A stretch of DNA of 64,000 nucleotides from Macrostomum hystrix (taxonomy: Eukaryota; Animalia; Platyhelminthes): the NCBI GenBank assembly GCA_950097015.1, contig CATNEN010000038.1, forward strand, positions 21,576,001-21,640,000, in the 5' to 3' direction. Below, piece by piece: positions 13,526-26,785 of the stretch. The position numbers and the translations under genes were made by a program. The notes beneath the pieces are model-generated. The model searched no databases. It was not told where the DNA came from and was given only the letters and a program-made list of their open reading frames with translations. Every line of letters begins with the position of its first letter. Position 1 is the stretch's first letter.

Positions 13526-14896
13526 ATGACTTTGGGCTCTAAGCCTACTTTATTATTTTGCACTATAAGGATCCAATTGTTTCCAAAATTTTCCTTCCAG
13601 AGCAGCAGCACGCGGCAGGAGCTTCACCTCCAGCAGCAGCTGAGCGCAGGATGGAGCGCCAACTCCAGCGGCAGCGAAGCAGCGCGCGGCAGCAGCTTCA
13701 CCTTCGATCTCTGTGATGCCTGGATTCACAGTCGATGCGCCGATTCCGAATTATTGATTCGTCATCAATCTGGTGCCTTTGTGTCTTGCTGCACTAATTG
13801 ATCGAGTCTTCGGCGTTTTGGCTCAGGCCTCAGCACCGCGAGTCACATTCGCTTTCGTATCAATAGCTTTTCCTAATCAATTTTTTGTTGAAGTGCCACA
13901 GATTAAAACCGTTGCATATTGAGTGGTACCATGCTAAACTATACTTAGTAGTATATAGATTTCATTTCTTATGCACAAATGTATTTTCTTATTTTGCAAG
14001 CTTGCTCACCAAGAAGGTTAATGGCTCATCAGTTATTGTACCTGTATTTTGCCGTTTATTCGCTGTTTCTCATTCCATTTTTATATGTGTGCATCATATA
14101 GCTTCAGTAGTAACAGTTGCTCATTTTGCTTACATAGCTAAAAAACAATTATTTTCGAATTGGTCTGTATAGGACTCAACTCACCAACAGCTTTGACATT
14201 CTCCAGTCATAGCCAACAGATCCCTGACCAAGCATGTGTTGAATGAAAATAGATTATTAGGCAGGCAGTTTCCAACAAAGAAAACTACCATGCTAGTCAT
14301 AGAAGGTAGCTTTTTATGATTAGCGTAGTCGACTAGAATATGTAAATTTTCTACTTAGCAAATTAAACTTTAGCGAAATATGAAAAAAAAATTTTTTTTT
14401 CATTTCAGTTCACAACTAAAAATGAGCAAACTATTGTTAATAAATGTGTTTAAAACTCTAAGCAGCTATGCTTTGTGATCATAGCATAATACGAATAAAA
14501 AACTTTGTGAGTAACTTCGCCAAAGTCGGTCCCAAGCCAGATTGAAAAAGAAGGAGGGTGCACATATGCCTAAATTACTGCAATTACCAATAATTAACTC
14601 TGCCAACAAAATACTTCCAAACCCTTCTGCACCATTCACAAACCTTCAGAACCCTGACACATCTTTGTCCCGGCATTTTCAACGAACCTTTCACACTTTT
14701 TAAAGGGTCGTCATGGCTGGGGTGGGGAGACACACTTTAAGGGTCCACTGCTCCGGCGCTGGATGCTGTAGGAAGCTGAAATTGCACGTGCTTCATCTAC
14801 AGCCATGGCAGTTAATATTTTTCTTTGTTACGACCCTTTGTTTTAACTTTTTTTTCCGGTACTGGTACTGTTACTGGTACTGGAAAATAGGACGTG
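13526..14896 (+). mobile_element. 3' remnant of a related MULE (degenerate PHD plus right terminus)
   Basis: FDLCDAWIHSRC...FVSCC; 14500-14560 resembles 11815-11870; ends ggtactggtactg...ggacgtg. Confidence 0.6.
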
Positions 14897-15550
14897 TCGC
14901 ACGTATATATTTTCATTACTAGTACCAGTTACCAGGATCAGTACCAGCGAACTGTAATCAATTAATTGCTTCAATTTACTAGTGAACTAAACTATTTCAA
15001 CAGAGGGTCTCAATAAAAAACACAAAATGGCCATACATAATTCAAAAATATCCACAAAAATATAATAAACAAAACAAAAAATCCGGAAACGAAAACATCT
15101 TTAAATCAGAGATCATACAAGCAAAAGAATAAAATACTCGGTGCGTAGGCCTAACTCTGCGAAAACTTTGATTTACAGCTTTGAAATTAAAATCACTGGG
15201 AGTAAAAATGTGAGCCATTATTCCGACATGGACAAGCTTGTGAGGTCTAATTCTCTACTTGAAACGACTAAGATATATTCTTAAAACTTGTTCTGAAGTC
15301 CTCGTCGAATGAGATGATCATGATGCTTCTTGGATCGCAAAGCTTTATTGTTCATTTGAAGAAATTCATTTGCAGACGCTTAATCCTTTATTTTATCCCC
15401 CACAAATCTTGGGGACTGCCTAGTCTGTTGCTAATCCACATGGTGTCATTGTGACGTAAGTCTTTGTTCAGAGATCTTAAAGACAATAGGCTTTAAACTA
15501 GGGTGGTGCGATAGTATACGCCTTGTTGGACCCGAGAAGTCAACTTTCTA

Positions 15551-16888
15551 CGAGGGCTATCCCAAAAATAAGTTTCGCTGCATTATAAACTTTCTTAAGT
15601 ACATTTTTGGCAAACGCGGTTAGTCATTCCTGAATCTATATGTCTATGGCAAAAGGCACCAAAAGTTTTAAAGCAAATGCAGTCTCACAAGCTGCAGGGC
15701 ATCAAGTTAAACACAGCTTCGTTTGCAAAGATGGCCACTTCGGCTTCGTTCACACGATACGACGCCAGAAACATCATCAATTTTTCAGTTTTGGCTGGCA
15801 AATCAACATCAGAGATTCATGAAGAGCTTAGACAAGTTCTGAAAGAAGATGCCCCATCAATTCAAACGGTTCGGAAATGGGTCCGTGAAGTTCAAGGAGG
15901 CAGGCTGTCGATGGAAGACAAAGAGCGGTCTGGAAGGCCAAGAACAGCCACCACTGATGCAAATGCAGAGCGTGTCAAAGCTCTGTTGACAGCAGATTGA
16001 CTTGCAATGAGATCGAGGACCTCCTGGACATTCCTCACAGCACAGTGCATCGCATTCTTACCGAGCAGCTGAACATGCAGAAGATCTTCGCAAAGTGGGT
16101 GCCTCATCTCCTGACTGAGGACCAAATGAAGGAGAGGGTGACCCTGGCGCAAGAGCACATTCGACGGTTTAATCGAGAGGGAATTGCAACTTTCTCAGCA
16201 GAATTGTGACAGGAGACGAGACATGGGTCTACGAGTGGGATCCTGAGCTCAAGCGCCAGTCAGCACAGTGGCTTCCAAGGGGATCAGCGAGTCCTGAGAA
16301 GGTTCAACGGAAGCAGAGCTCCTTGAAGGTGATGCACATAGTCTTCTTTGACATCCATGGGGTCCTGGTGGACTGGCCAGTGCCAATCGGCACCAAGGTG
16401 AATGCAGAATATTACCGATGGGTACTGCAAGAAAAATTGAGGCGAGCCATCAGGAAAAAGCGGCCTGGTTTGCTGGAGAGAGGCGTGATTTTCACCACGA
16501 CAACACACTGTGCACCGCGCCAGAAGAGTGAAGGAGCTCCTGGAGTCCTGGAACTGGGAGGTCCTGGCACAGCCACGCTATTCACCTGATTTGGCTCCAG
16601 CGGACTTCTGTATATTTCCCAGAATGAAGGAGAGCCTTCGTGGACAACGTTTTGCCTCTGTGGAGCAGATAAACAACAATGCTTCATCAGCTTTGCGGCA
16701 TCTGGCAACCGGCGGCTGCGATGCTGCCTTTCAAGCGTGGGTACGGCGCTGGCAAAAGTGCGTGTACATTGGCGGCAAATTTGTGGAGTAACTATGAACT
16801 GTTTTTGACTACTGTTAAAGTTTTAAGACTTTCCTTCAAACTGTTCGCTTTTTATTGTTGACCGAAACTCACTTTTGGGATAGCCGTA
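15551..16888 (+). mobile_element. mariner (DD34D) transposon, frameshifted
   Basis: TA|CGAGGGCTATCCCAAAAATAAGTTTCG left TIR with an inverted copy at 16863-16885; WVPHLL, TGDETW and YSPDLAPADF motifs split over four ORFs (15677-16791). Confidence 0.92.
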
Positions 16889-17278
16889 GCCTGTAGGTAG
16901 GGGGCCGTAGCCGTAGCCTGTAGGTAGGGGGCCGTAGCCGTAGCCTGTAGGTAGGGGGCCGTAGCCGTAGCCTGTAGGTAGGGGGCCGTAGCCGTAGCCT
17001 GTAGGTAGGGGGCCGTAGCCGTAGCCTGTAGGTAGGGGGCCGTAGCCGTAGCCTGTAGGTAGGGGGCCGTAGCCGTAGCCTGTAGGTAGGGGGCCGTAGC
17101 CGTAGCCTGTAGGTAGGGGGCCGTAGCCGTAGCCTGTAGGTAGGGGGCCGTAGCCGTAGCCTGTAGGTAGGGGGCCGTAGCCGTAGCCTGTAGGTAGGGG
17201 GCCGTAGCCGTAGCCTGTAGGTAGGGGGCCGTAGCCGTAGCCTGTAGGTAGGGGGCCGTAGCCGTAGCCTGTAGGTAG
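16881..17278. repeat. 27-bp perfect tandem array (~15 copies) starting at the mariner right TIR
   Basis: tagccgtagcctgtaggtagggggccg units. Confidence 0.95.
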
Positions 17279-18118
17279 ATGCTCCAACATTTCTCAAAGC
17301 CACCCAAATATTAATTCAATTAATTTTGCTTCGATCCATGGCTTCTGTGCAGTTTACTATTCTCTTGCCCACTCGCAAACTGTGACCACTTAAGAAAAAT
17401 TTCACTTTTCGAACTTTCACCTTAGCTGTTCGAAGAAATTGACGCAACGGATTTGCGTCTTGGGTGAAATACTTCATCGCATCTGAGAATGCTATACTCC
17501 TTACACAACTGTCTTGAAGGGCCGGGTGCAGTATTGTAGGCCTAAGGGCACTATTGAAGGGTTTGACGCAGACAAAGGGCGAAATTTGGCAGTGAAAACA
17601 ACGTTCCGACTTAAGCCCTGATTAGGCGTAAATCTATATATTCTGGGCCGGCCGAGACACCCACCTCAACCCGCTCATTTGGACTTAGCAGCCAGGTGCA
17701 CATAGCCAGGTTTACAATCAGTGATACGAGATAATATACATTGAAAACCCAAGTTCACTCCTGGAATGTACCAGGAATAATTCAAAAGCACCAAAATATG
17801 GGCAAAACTAAATCAGAAACAGTGAAAACTGAGAGCTAAAAATGTAACAATATAATTCAGTGTCATTATTTTGGAAAGCACATAGTCTTCTTATATGCAT
17901 TTAAAACTACGAATTTCATATCGTAAAAAACGGCATATAATGTGCGGCGCACTACAGTTGCTATTGATAATCAGCAGGTGCTGCTAAGTAAGTTTGCTCA
18001 CATTTTTTGCTAGGTACAGTTGAGTAGGGTGAGTGCTTTGAATACATTTGAATAGGGAAAAACTGCACATAAAATATTATTTGCGCTACAGTCAGTAGAG
18101 TTTCGTAGAGTATTGTAG

Positions 18119-19780
18119 ATTCCGCTTTAAATTTCTGCATTTGATGAGGAGTGACCCATTGAACTCATGCTTCTGGTTAGAGTGTATTTTAATATATTTA
18201 TTAAGCAATACTTGAGAACAGTAATTAGAACAGTTTATGACGCATTTTCGCATGCTTGAATGGCAGTCAGTCTGGGTGCAAAAAGCAGAGAAAATTCAGA
18301 AAAAATCGTCTAAGGAAACTGGGCTTCTACGAGCTATGATATGATAAGAACATTTTTGGGACTGTCTGCCCAGCTACTGTAATAAATTGGCTGAGGTGAC
18401 AACCAGATAGACATATTTGAGTCTTGAACATATTCTGCATGGATAATTGATCAGCCACTAGTGAGAGCAAAAACTAATGAACGAACAGTTCTTTTATTAT
18501 TTATTGATTATGATAAATTAATTCACAGAAAATGAAATTCAAATTCATCTACTCCAGCTTAATAATCAGAATTGCGAAGCTATGCAAGAATTTCGAGCTC
18601 TAAAATGTGCAGTTGTGATGAATCTCTGGCTTATCACGAAAGAAATTGGCTTACAGCAACAATCTCAATGTAGTCAGTGCAGCAGTCGCTGTCTGTGTCC
18701 TGCCCCTTCACAGCAGCACCAGCAGCAGCAGTCGCTGGTATGCTAACAATCAAGTAGCAGCACTCGGACTCGAAGCCGATAGTTTTCTGAAATCAGAGCA
18801 GCCTTGAGCACTCATTCAATTTCGGAAATGAAACGGAAACACTACTGACAAGTAGCATTGTAGCCAAGTAGCCATTGTAGCCAAGTAGCCACTGTAGCCA
18901 AGTAGCCATTGTAGCCAAGTAGCCACTGTAGCCAAGTAGTCACTGTAGCCAAGTAGCCATTGTAGCTAAAGTAGCCACAAGTAGCCACTGTAGCCTAGTA
19001 GCCACTGTAGCCAAGTAGCTACTGTAGCGAAGTAGCCATTGTAGCCAAGTAGCCACTGTAGCCAAGTAGCCACTGTAGTCGAGTAGCCACTGTAGCCGAG
19101 TAGCCACTGTAGCCGAGTAGCCACTGTAGCCGAGTAGCCACTGTAGCCAAGTAGCCATTGTAGCCGAGTAGCCATTGTAGCCAAGTAGCCAAGTAGCCAC
19201 TGTAGCCAAGTAGCCACTGTAGCCAAGTAGCCATTGTAGCCTAGTAGCCACTGTAGCCAAGTAGCCACTGTAGCCAAGTAGCCACTGTAGCCACGTAGCC
19301 ATTGTAGCCAAGTAGCCACTGTAGCCAAGTAGCCACTGTAGCCAAGTAGCCACTGTAGCGAAGTAGCCATTGTAGCCAAGTAGCCATTGTAGCCGAGTAG
19401 CCATTGTAGCGGAGTAGCCACTGTAGCGGAGTAGCCACTGTAGCCGAGTAGCCACTGTAGCCGAGTAGCCACTGTAGCCGAGTAGCCACTGTAGCCAAGT
19501 AGCCAAGTAGCCATTGTAGCCAAGTAGCCATTGTAGCCAAGTAGCCATTGTAGCCAAGTAGCCACTGTAGCCAAGTAGCCACTGTAGCCAAGTAGCCATT
19601 GTAGCCAAGTAGCCATTGTAGCCAAGTAGCCATTGTTGCCAAGTTCTCATCGAGATTAATGGATAAGCAACGTGGCATTTCTCGGACAGGACTGTCCCTG
19701 TTTGCTCGCTGAAGTCTAAGTGACTCGTTGACTCACCTAATTAGCAGGATGAGACACATCAGGTGACACTTTAGATTCCT
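18119..19780 (+). repeat. Segmental duplication copy 1 (3' end of the Ig receptor gene plus 17-bp satellite)
   Basis: Near-identical, co-directional copy at 49671-51657. Confidence 0.9.
18858..19643. repeat. 17-bp satellite (agccaagtagccattgt)
   Basis: Tandem periodicity. Confidence 0.95.
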
Positions 19781-22700
19781 CCTGAATGCCTGAGCTTAGG
19801 TTGAGCCCGGCTGCTGAAGGCTCAGTTGACGGCACTCGGAGCTGCAATGGAAAGATTCAGAGCCGTCAGCTGCTGAAGGGCACGATCGCCACATTTTCCT
19901 GCACTGACCTTCGAGATGAGCAGAAAGCATGCAGCGCAGACGACTGACACAACAACGAAAACGATGGTGGCTGAGACAGCAATCGTGAAAGTCGTGAGCC
20001 CAGCCCGAGGGCAGACGAGTCGAGCCGTGGTGTAAACAGGTGAGCCGAAAGTCATGTTCTCAGGGAGGTTCTGTGCCGCACTGCAGTTGACAAAGACTTC
20101 GCTCCTGCTCATGTAATGCTCAAAATCGCTGTCGAGCGACCACGTGCTAAGGAGGCCCCTGTTGTCTGGCACCTGCAGTTTCATATAGTACAGTGTGTTG
20201 CAACCATGTCTTTCCTGAATCATACGGAATGCAACTCACATGTGAAAGCAGAGAGGCATTTTCTCCTTTGAGTTCGCCAGCTTGAAAGTTGCACGTGTGC
20301 TCAGGCATTGGGTGAGAAGCCGATGATCTGAATTGTACCTTTATTTTTGCCATGTTTTTGCAGCTTTCCAGGAATTTTATCGATAGACTCGATGGCGGGT
20401 CTGGCGGGAATTTTGAGGTGCTTTCATAAATTGCTGCTGAAGTATTTTTTATGAGGAGCAAATATTAGAAATATTCTGGATGCTCACTCACACAGCACGT
20501 TGACTGGGGTCTGGGTCTGCACAGAGCCAAGGCTGCAAGAGTAATTTCCTGAGTGCTCAGGGAGTGCTCGAGCCACTGCAGTCTTGTGATCTTTAATGCA
20601 GGTACCGTTTGGAAGGCAGAGGTGGAGTCCGCTTGAATTTGAGCACAGCATTGAGCTGTTGCAGTGCAGCTCGCATCTCACAGCGAAACTCGAGTTGACG
20701 GCCACAACCTGATCCTCGGAGGCCGCTGAAAAATATTTTGACCAGCTTGTATGATAAACAGATAAACAAATAGCGATCGAATGCATTTTATGTGACTGAA
20801 GTCTCTGTGACGAGTAAATGGTACGGATGCACTCAAAGGCATTGGAATCTAGTATCTATTATTGTTGATGTGGAGCGTGTTTATCAACGAGTTCATGAGT
20901 TCCATGAGTCATAGTTGATGGTCAAATTGGCTATTGGCGTTTCAATTGACTTGGCTTTTAGCCAACATGCACGTGGACATTGTGTCAGTTGAGGTTTTGT
21001 GCTGTGGTCATTGTGTCAGTTGAGGTTTTGTGCTGTGGTCATTGTGTCAGTTGAGGTTCTGTGCTGTGGTCATTGTGTCATTTGAGGTTTTGCGCTGTGG
21101 GCATTGTGTCATTTGAGGTTTTGTGCTGTGGTCATTGTGTCAGTTGAGGTTTTGTGCTGTGGTCATTGTGTCAGTTGAGGTTTTGTGCTGTGGTCATTGT
21201 GTCAGTTGAGGTTTTGTGCTGTGGTCATTGTGTCAGTTGAGGTTTTGTGCTGTGGTCATTGTGTCACAAGTGTCACTCTTTCAGCGCAATCGACATCACG
21301 AAGCACCCTCTTGGTGTCACTGTTTCGTGGATTGAGGAGAATCGTAAGCAGTGCTCCAATGCAATCGCAGGTGCAGTTCTTCTAAATAAGCTGCTCTGCA
21401 TCCATGGTGCCATTGTTGAGAGCAACGGAGAAAGCTTCTCTTGCTGGGCTGCAATTCTCTGCCGAGGTTTTTGGGAGCTGCTTCACAATGCTCGTCTGTT
21501 TCCAAAATCAAGGTTATATAGCAGCGTAATTTACTTTTGACCTATTTAAAGTTATATTGTAGCTTACTAAATCAGTCCTTTTTGTTTTAGTGTTTTTACA
21601 CCATTGACACCTTTGCTTATACCATTGAATATGATTATTTCTCTAAAATTCATTATTGTGTTGCAATTCAGCCTTCAGCATTCAGCCTTCGGCCTTCGTC
21701 ATTTGATGAATTTCTAATGACCATGCAGTTTCTGCTTTATGAATTTCATTGTTTCACTAATGAAAGCGACGATTTGAAGCGATTTGTCCGAGCTACGATA
21801 TGAAGTGTAAAAATTTCTCAATTTCAGGCCCTTATTACTCTTTAAAAGTTATAAACAATGTAGAAAATCTGCTCACAGAGCACGGCGACTGAGGTCTGCT
21901 TGCTGACAGAGCCAAGTCTGCAAGAGTACATTCCAGAGTGATGAGGCAGAGCTTGAGCCACTGCTGTCTCATGTTCTGCAATGCAGGTACCGTTCGGAAG
22001 GCAGATCTGGAGCCCGCTAGAGTTGAAGCACCTCCATGAGTTGTTGCAGTGAAGCTCGCAGCTCACAGCGAAACTCGAGTTGACGGCCACAAACTGATCC
22101 GCGGAAGCCGCTGAAAAAATATTTTGACCAGTTTGTATGATAAACAGATAAACAAATTGCGATCGAATGCATTTTATGTGACTGAAGTCTCTGTGACGAG
22201 GTAAAGGCAGGATAGGAATCAAGTATCGATTTTCGTTGATGAGGAGCTAATTTCTCAACGAGTTCATGAGTTCCATTAATCAGGATAAAATGATCGTTAA
22301 ATTGGCTATTGGCGTTTCAATTGGCTTTGGGTGTTTGCTACCCTGTCCTGTCTGTTTTGCTGTCTGCTTACCTTTGACTCTTCACAGTCAGTTCTGACTT
22401 CGCTCTAATTCTATCTAATTCTCTACATTTTCCGCCTTCTGATTGGTCCGCCTCTCACTTTCTAGCCTCCTCTCTTACCCTCAGTCGCGCACTCTCTTGT
22501 TATCGCCACGCCAACCCCCTCCAGTCTGTCCAACTTAACCATGCGCATATTCGAGTCGTGTATAGCCAAGGACACAGCGCCGTCACTTTCGCTTCTCTTC
22601 TCTCCATTGGCTACCCGCAGGCCAGCTAAAAAATTATTGCTTCTCTTAATTTCTCGACACTCCTTCCAAGCAAATCGGAAAATAACTCGAGCAATTCTCA

Positions 22701-24648
22701 ATTATTCCTTCTTGTGTTTAAATTGGCTTTCGGCTTTTCTAATTTAACTAATTTCCCCAGGCTAACTTCTGCATTGTGCTTTTTTTGACCGTTTGTCTAA
22801 TTTGTCCGAGCTACGATTTGAAGGGTAAAAATGTCCCGCTTTCAGGCCCTTATAATTCTTGAAAAGAAAGTGGTAAATCTGCTCACAGAGCACGGCGACT
22901 GATGTCTGCTTGCTGACAGAGCCAAGTCTGCAAGAGTACATTCCAGAGCTTGAGCCACTGCTGTCTCATGTTCTGCAATGCAGGTACCGTTCGGAAGGCA
23001 GAGCTGGAGTCCGCTTGAGTTTGAGCACAGCATTGAGCTGTTGCAGTGCAGCTCGCATCTCACAGTGAAACTCGAGTTGACGGCCACAACCTGATCCTCG
23101 GAGGCCGCTGAAAAAATGTTTTGACCAGGTTGTATGATAAACAGATAAACAAATAGCCCTTTCATGCCCTTGTTATTCTTTAAAAGTTATTAACAGTTAT
23201 AAAAGTTCTTTAAATGTTATAAAATTGTAGAAAATCTGCTCACAGAGCACGGCGACTGAGGTCTGCTTGCTGACAGAGCCAAGTCTGCAAGAGTACATTC
23301 CAGAGTGATGAGGCAGAGCTTGAGCCACTGCTGTCTCATGTTCTGCAATGCAGGTACCGTTCGGAAGGCAGATCTGGAGCCCGCTAGAGTTGAAGCACCT
23401 CCATGAGTTGTTGCAGTGCATCTCGCAGCTCACAGAGAATCTCGACCTGAGGGCCACCACCTGATCTACTGAGGTGGCTGGAATATAAGTTACCATTGAA
23501 ATTTCAAGCTCAACTTGTGCGTTTCCTGCTTGAGAAATTACTTTTAAATTGAACTCACTCAGCACACTGACAGTGAATGTTCCTGCAATCGATCCGAATC
23601 TGCACCAGTAGACACCTGAGTGCTCAGGCTGAGCACTGCCAATGTGCAGCTCATGGCCATTTATGCAGCTGCCGTTGGGAGAGCACAGCTGCAGCTCGCT
23701 TGAGCTCGAGTTGAGCTTTACTCCAGCGCAGTCCAGCAAGCAGCTCACACTGAACTTTGAGCTCTGAGACACCAGCTGAGGCGCTGAGGATTCTGGAGAT
23801 TTACAAATCATCCAATCAACATTGCTAAATCAAGGAAATTATAGAATTTCCCTTTCACAACAATAGGTCCATAGTAAAAGACCCGAACTCACTCAGCTGC
23901 ACAGTCTGAAGACTGAGATCTGCGAAGCTCATGTAGTCCTCATTATTAGGCGACACAGAAATGTTCCTTCGCAGCAGCAAGTACCTCACCTGGAGTTCAG
24001 ATGAAATCTCAGTGGGATCCAGAACTCAACAGAGCACAACTCAAGGCACAGAGCAGGTCTCACCTCCGCTAAGCAGTTCACGGTGAAGATCTCACCAGCC
24101 TCGATACGCGCCTGCTTGCTCACCGTCAGGCCGCACCGTCTCCAGAGCTGCTGAGACTCTCTGAACTGGCTGCTCATGTTTCTTGAGCTGCAGTGATCAC
24201 CTGAGAACAGCTGACTGCTGCTGCTCGATGTCCAGATCTCGATGTCTCTGGCTCTCGGGTAGACATGTGTAGCGCCATCTAAAAGTGAGTACTTCACGAC
24301 TAAGCAGTGGAAGCTGATTGCATGGAAAAAATTGAGTAGTCACTTACCCTCTCTGCCCTTCACAGTAACTGATCTTATGAGCACTGACTCATACAGCTTC
24401 ACTGCGAACCAATGAAATCCTCCGTCTGCTTGGCTTCTGTCTTTGCTGTGGAAGAACACGTATCTGGGGATAACATTCCTTTCAATATTTTCCTCTTCGG
24501 CAGAGCTTCTGCTGTTGAAGCAAGACCTTACTCCGTGGATAATCTCAAAGGACGACTGCCAGGAGTTATAGACATAGTACTTGCGAATCGGCAACTCACA
24601 GGCTGCAGTTGCCATGGAAACTTGCAGTGCCAGGATCAGCAGAAGCAT
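19738..24648 (-). CDS. Multi-exon type I membrane protein: signal peptide, discoidin/FA58C-like domain, five Ig-like exons, stalk, TM helix, short tail (span includes introns)
   Basis: MLLLILALQVSMATA signal; WFAVKL..VLIRSVTVKGR (FA58C-like); Ig exons with C...GxYxC at 23559-23792, 23244-23477, 22887-23107, 21877-22110, 20492-20725; TM TIAVSATIVFVVVSVVCAACFLLI. Confidence 0.7.
20978..21265. repeat. 31-bp intronic minisatellite (ttgtgtcagttgaggttttgtgctgtggtca)
   Basis: Tandem periodicity. Confidence 0.95.
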
Positions 24649-25796
24649 GACCTTGGCCACTTTGAGAATTTCAAAATCAGTAAAAATTTGTGCTGCTGAA
24701 ATCAACCCAGAAATTATAGCGGATTTTCCTATGGTGTCCTATTTGAATGAATCGGCACCTGCGATATGATTTGATGATCCAGGGAGTAAAACTGTTCACA
24801 GCAAATCAAATAAAGGCACAATCTGCTTTATTTCGAAGCTTGGACCAAGTTGTGTTGCTGCCAGTTCATTTATCTGCACTTGTTCTTTCTTGTTCTTTCT
24901 TTTTCTTGCTCGATAATATAGCTTTTTCAATCCTTTTTGGTTCTTTCTGCGTTTAAATTGGTGCGTGGCTGTCAGCAGTATGACGTGGCAGCGGTGTCGG
25001 GATGTACCATAGAAGACAGAATCAATTCGGTAAAAACTGCGAGCACTTTAGATCACATGGGGGACGCATAGCCGAGACGAAGAATTGCGCAGAGGGGATG
25101 ATACGCTAAGGGTCGGTCAGTCAGGCAAGCAGAAAGTGTTATCTACGATTGATTTTTACTATCGGATTAAAACCCTTGCAACAGACTGACAGATGCACGA
25201 CATGTTTACGATGAGTGCATAAAAATAAACGTGAATGACCAATACGGCTAACAATTTGGTGACTTGTGGTACCAATTTTTAAGGCCCCGGTGTATTTCAT
25301 GTTTGAAATGTCAGTCATGACATCAGTTGCTTTTGATCCAGCACCACATTTTTGCACCAGCCGGATTATCGAAGCTGTCAAAGAAATGTTGCCTCCATTT
25401 GCACTGCTTCAGTGTTAGGATGCCAATAACGCACGCTTCTATTTCGTAAACTTCGTGGACACGGATTATGTCTACGTCTTCTGGCACATTATTATTATTA
25501 TTATTATTGAAATGCACACGCCGATTCGGGCAGGCTTTTTTGATTATTTAATGTTGGTTTCACCTTCATGCGAAACCCAAGATATGTCCACTGCTGTACG
25601 GATTCAACCAGTTGACCATGTAAAAACAGTCTATGTGTTGCCCTTGAGTGGAGATTGCAGCTCAGAAGCTTTGTCTTCTCAGTGTTTATTTCTAATTTGT
25701 GAATATTGCTAAAATCTGCTACTTTGTGGAGGCTATCTTGTAATTCTGTCAGGTCTTCACCAAAAATGACCGAGCCGTCACAATCAAGCAGGTTTT

Positions 25797-26112
25797 TTAA
25801 AATACTTCTTCATTCAATATGGAGGTATGGCTTTGAAATGAGTTTTTTAGAATTGTGCTTAGCGGGTCGATGTATAGGGAGACTAGCAGTGGAGATAGGG
25901 GGCATCCTTGTCTGGCGCCATTAGTGATTCGACACGCCTCAGCAGCTGTGCTTTCTGACATCTTGAGGTGAAATTTCGCGCTTGAGTACATACTCTCAAT
26001 GATACTTATTATTGCTGGGTTCACGCCCAACTGATTTAATCGTGTGACCAGGGATGGGTGGTGAACCATGCCAAAGGCGCTTTTTAAATCAAAGAAAACT
26101 AAATGGAAAGGT
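25797..26112 (-). pseudogene. Non-LTR retrotransposon reverse transcriptase fragment
   Basis: FFDLKSAF and GARQGCPLSPLL RT motifs. Confidence 0.85.
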
Positions 26113-26499
26113 TTTTTCTTTTTCTTCTTTTTATGAATTAATGGCAATAGGGTTGCGATGTGATCGTAACCCTAATGTGAGATAAACAAAGCTACACAAA
26201 ATTATAACATGGTTAAGTAAAAATAGCAGATTTTAGGTAGCACTGTAAGAAAAAATAGCGAAAGTAGCGACCGATATTATGTTTTAGGTAATCTTTCATT
26301 ACCCGATTTTCCGTTACCAGATGGTCAGTTTCGATCGGTACCGCCATCACCGTTAATTTTTTGGTAACGCGCCTAACCCTGATTGCACCTTTGGGAGCTC
26401 ATATCTGTTCGTAAAAACGAGTATATGAGACTTGTTTCCCCAGACAGTTTCACGCAGATGTTTTTCCCGCGGATTCTCTCCCGCCGTGGAAAATCAGGA

Positions 26500-26785
26500 A
26501 AAGCTCGTCGGGAAAAGCTACTGCCCGAAAAGCTCCTGCGGGAAAACCTAGTTGTGGGAAAAGCTCCTGCGGGAAAACCTAGTTGTGGGAAAAGCTCCTG
26601 CGGGAAAACCTCGTGGGAAAAGCTCCTGCAGGAAAGCTCCCTCACTCTCCCTCCCTTTCCCTCCCTCTCCCTCACTCTCCCTCACTCTTCCTCCCTCTCC
26701 CTCCCTCTCCCTCACACTTCCTCACTCTCCCTCCCTTTCCCCACTCTCGCTCACTCTCCCCCACTCTCCCTCACTCTCCCTCACT
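26500..26785. repeat. gggaaaagctcctgc repeats followed by a (ctctccctca)n pyrimidine tract
   Basis: Low-complexity tandem units. Confidence 0.8.

Noticed and set aside
16823-17307. GYGYGPLPT-type repetitive proteins
   Set aside because: All three minus frames are open only because a stop-free 27-bp unit repeats; no gene context
18940-19678. WLQWLLGY ORFs (also 50356-51547)
   Set aside because: Artefacts of the 17-bp satellite
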